Shown: positions 63,731 through 64,000 of the stretch, in pieces
Layout of the letters: each line of letters begins with the position of its first letter
Numbering within the stretch: position 1 is the first letter of the stretch
Assembly: GCA_964486045.1 (NCBI GenBank)
Contig: CAZALK010000001.1
Location: forward strand, 1 to 64,000
Direction of reading: 5' to 3'
Length of the DNA: 64,000 nt
Source: an uncultured archaeon
GTDB lineage: Archaea > Asgardarchaeota > Lokiarchaeia > Sigyniarchaeales > SOKP01
Translations under genes and position numbers: made by a program
Notes under the pieces: model-generated
The model's database searches: none
Seen by the model: the letters and a program-made list of their open reading frames with translations, nothing else
Told to the model about the DNA's origin: nothing

Positions 63731-64000
63731 ATGAAAGAAGAAAATTTACTCTTTACTCCAAGTGGAATTCGAGGTAGAGTTGGAAGAGACTTTAATCCCA
63801 AGATTGTTAAGAAAATTGCAATAGCATTTGGTTTATGGTTTAATGGCAAAGATAAAAGAATTATAATTGGTAGAGATACTCGACCAAGTGGGAAAGAATT
63901 TGAAAAAGTAGTTATTGATGGATTAATTGAATCTGGATTTAAAATAATTAATGCAGGAATTTGTCCAACTCCTGTTATAATTCATGCTAAAAATAGACTT
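63731..64000 (+). CDS. Phosphohexomutase (PMM/PGM/GlmM family), truncated by the window end
   Basis: LFTPSGIRG...IIIGRDTRPSG...GICPTP. Confidence 0.88.
   Translation, partial: MKEENLLFTPSGIRGRVGRDFNPKIVKKIAIAFGLWFNGKDKRIIIGRDTRPSGKEFEKVVIDGLIESGFKIINAGICPTPVIIHAKNRL

Overview
AT-rich archaeal chromosomal segment, almost certainly from an Asgard archaeon (Lokiarchaeia-like). The evidence is a near-canonical Loki-type profilin, five Rab-like small GTPases, several longin/roadblock-like and V4R proteins, TBP, CDC48/VCP, PSTK, deoxyhypusine synthase, a tetraether-lipid-synthase-like radical SAM enzyme, a reductive dehalogenase-like protein and three aminoacyl-tRNA synthetases (ArgRS, IleRS, CysRS). 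I saw no rRNA, tRNA, CRISPR array or transposase. Main observations: (1) a small GTPase gene interrupted by a 30-nt stop-containing insert that folds into a relaxed bulge-helix-bulge motif whose predicted cut sites restore the frame exactly (candidate archaeal mRNA intron); (2) an Ile-Ile-Ile leader peptide with mutually exclusive RNA pairings upstream of ileS (candidate attenuator); (3) a 117-nt GC-rich structured intergenic element; (4) several genes that appear to start at ATT/ATA behind SD motifs; (5) a ~0.9-kb island flanked by a 51-bp duplication of a GTPase 3' end; (6) an 11x35-aa repeat protein; (7) a Met-rich 228-aa insertion in an ABC ATPase domain. All calls come from reading motifs by eye; no searches were run.
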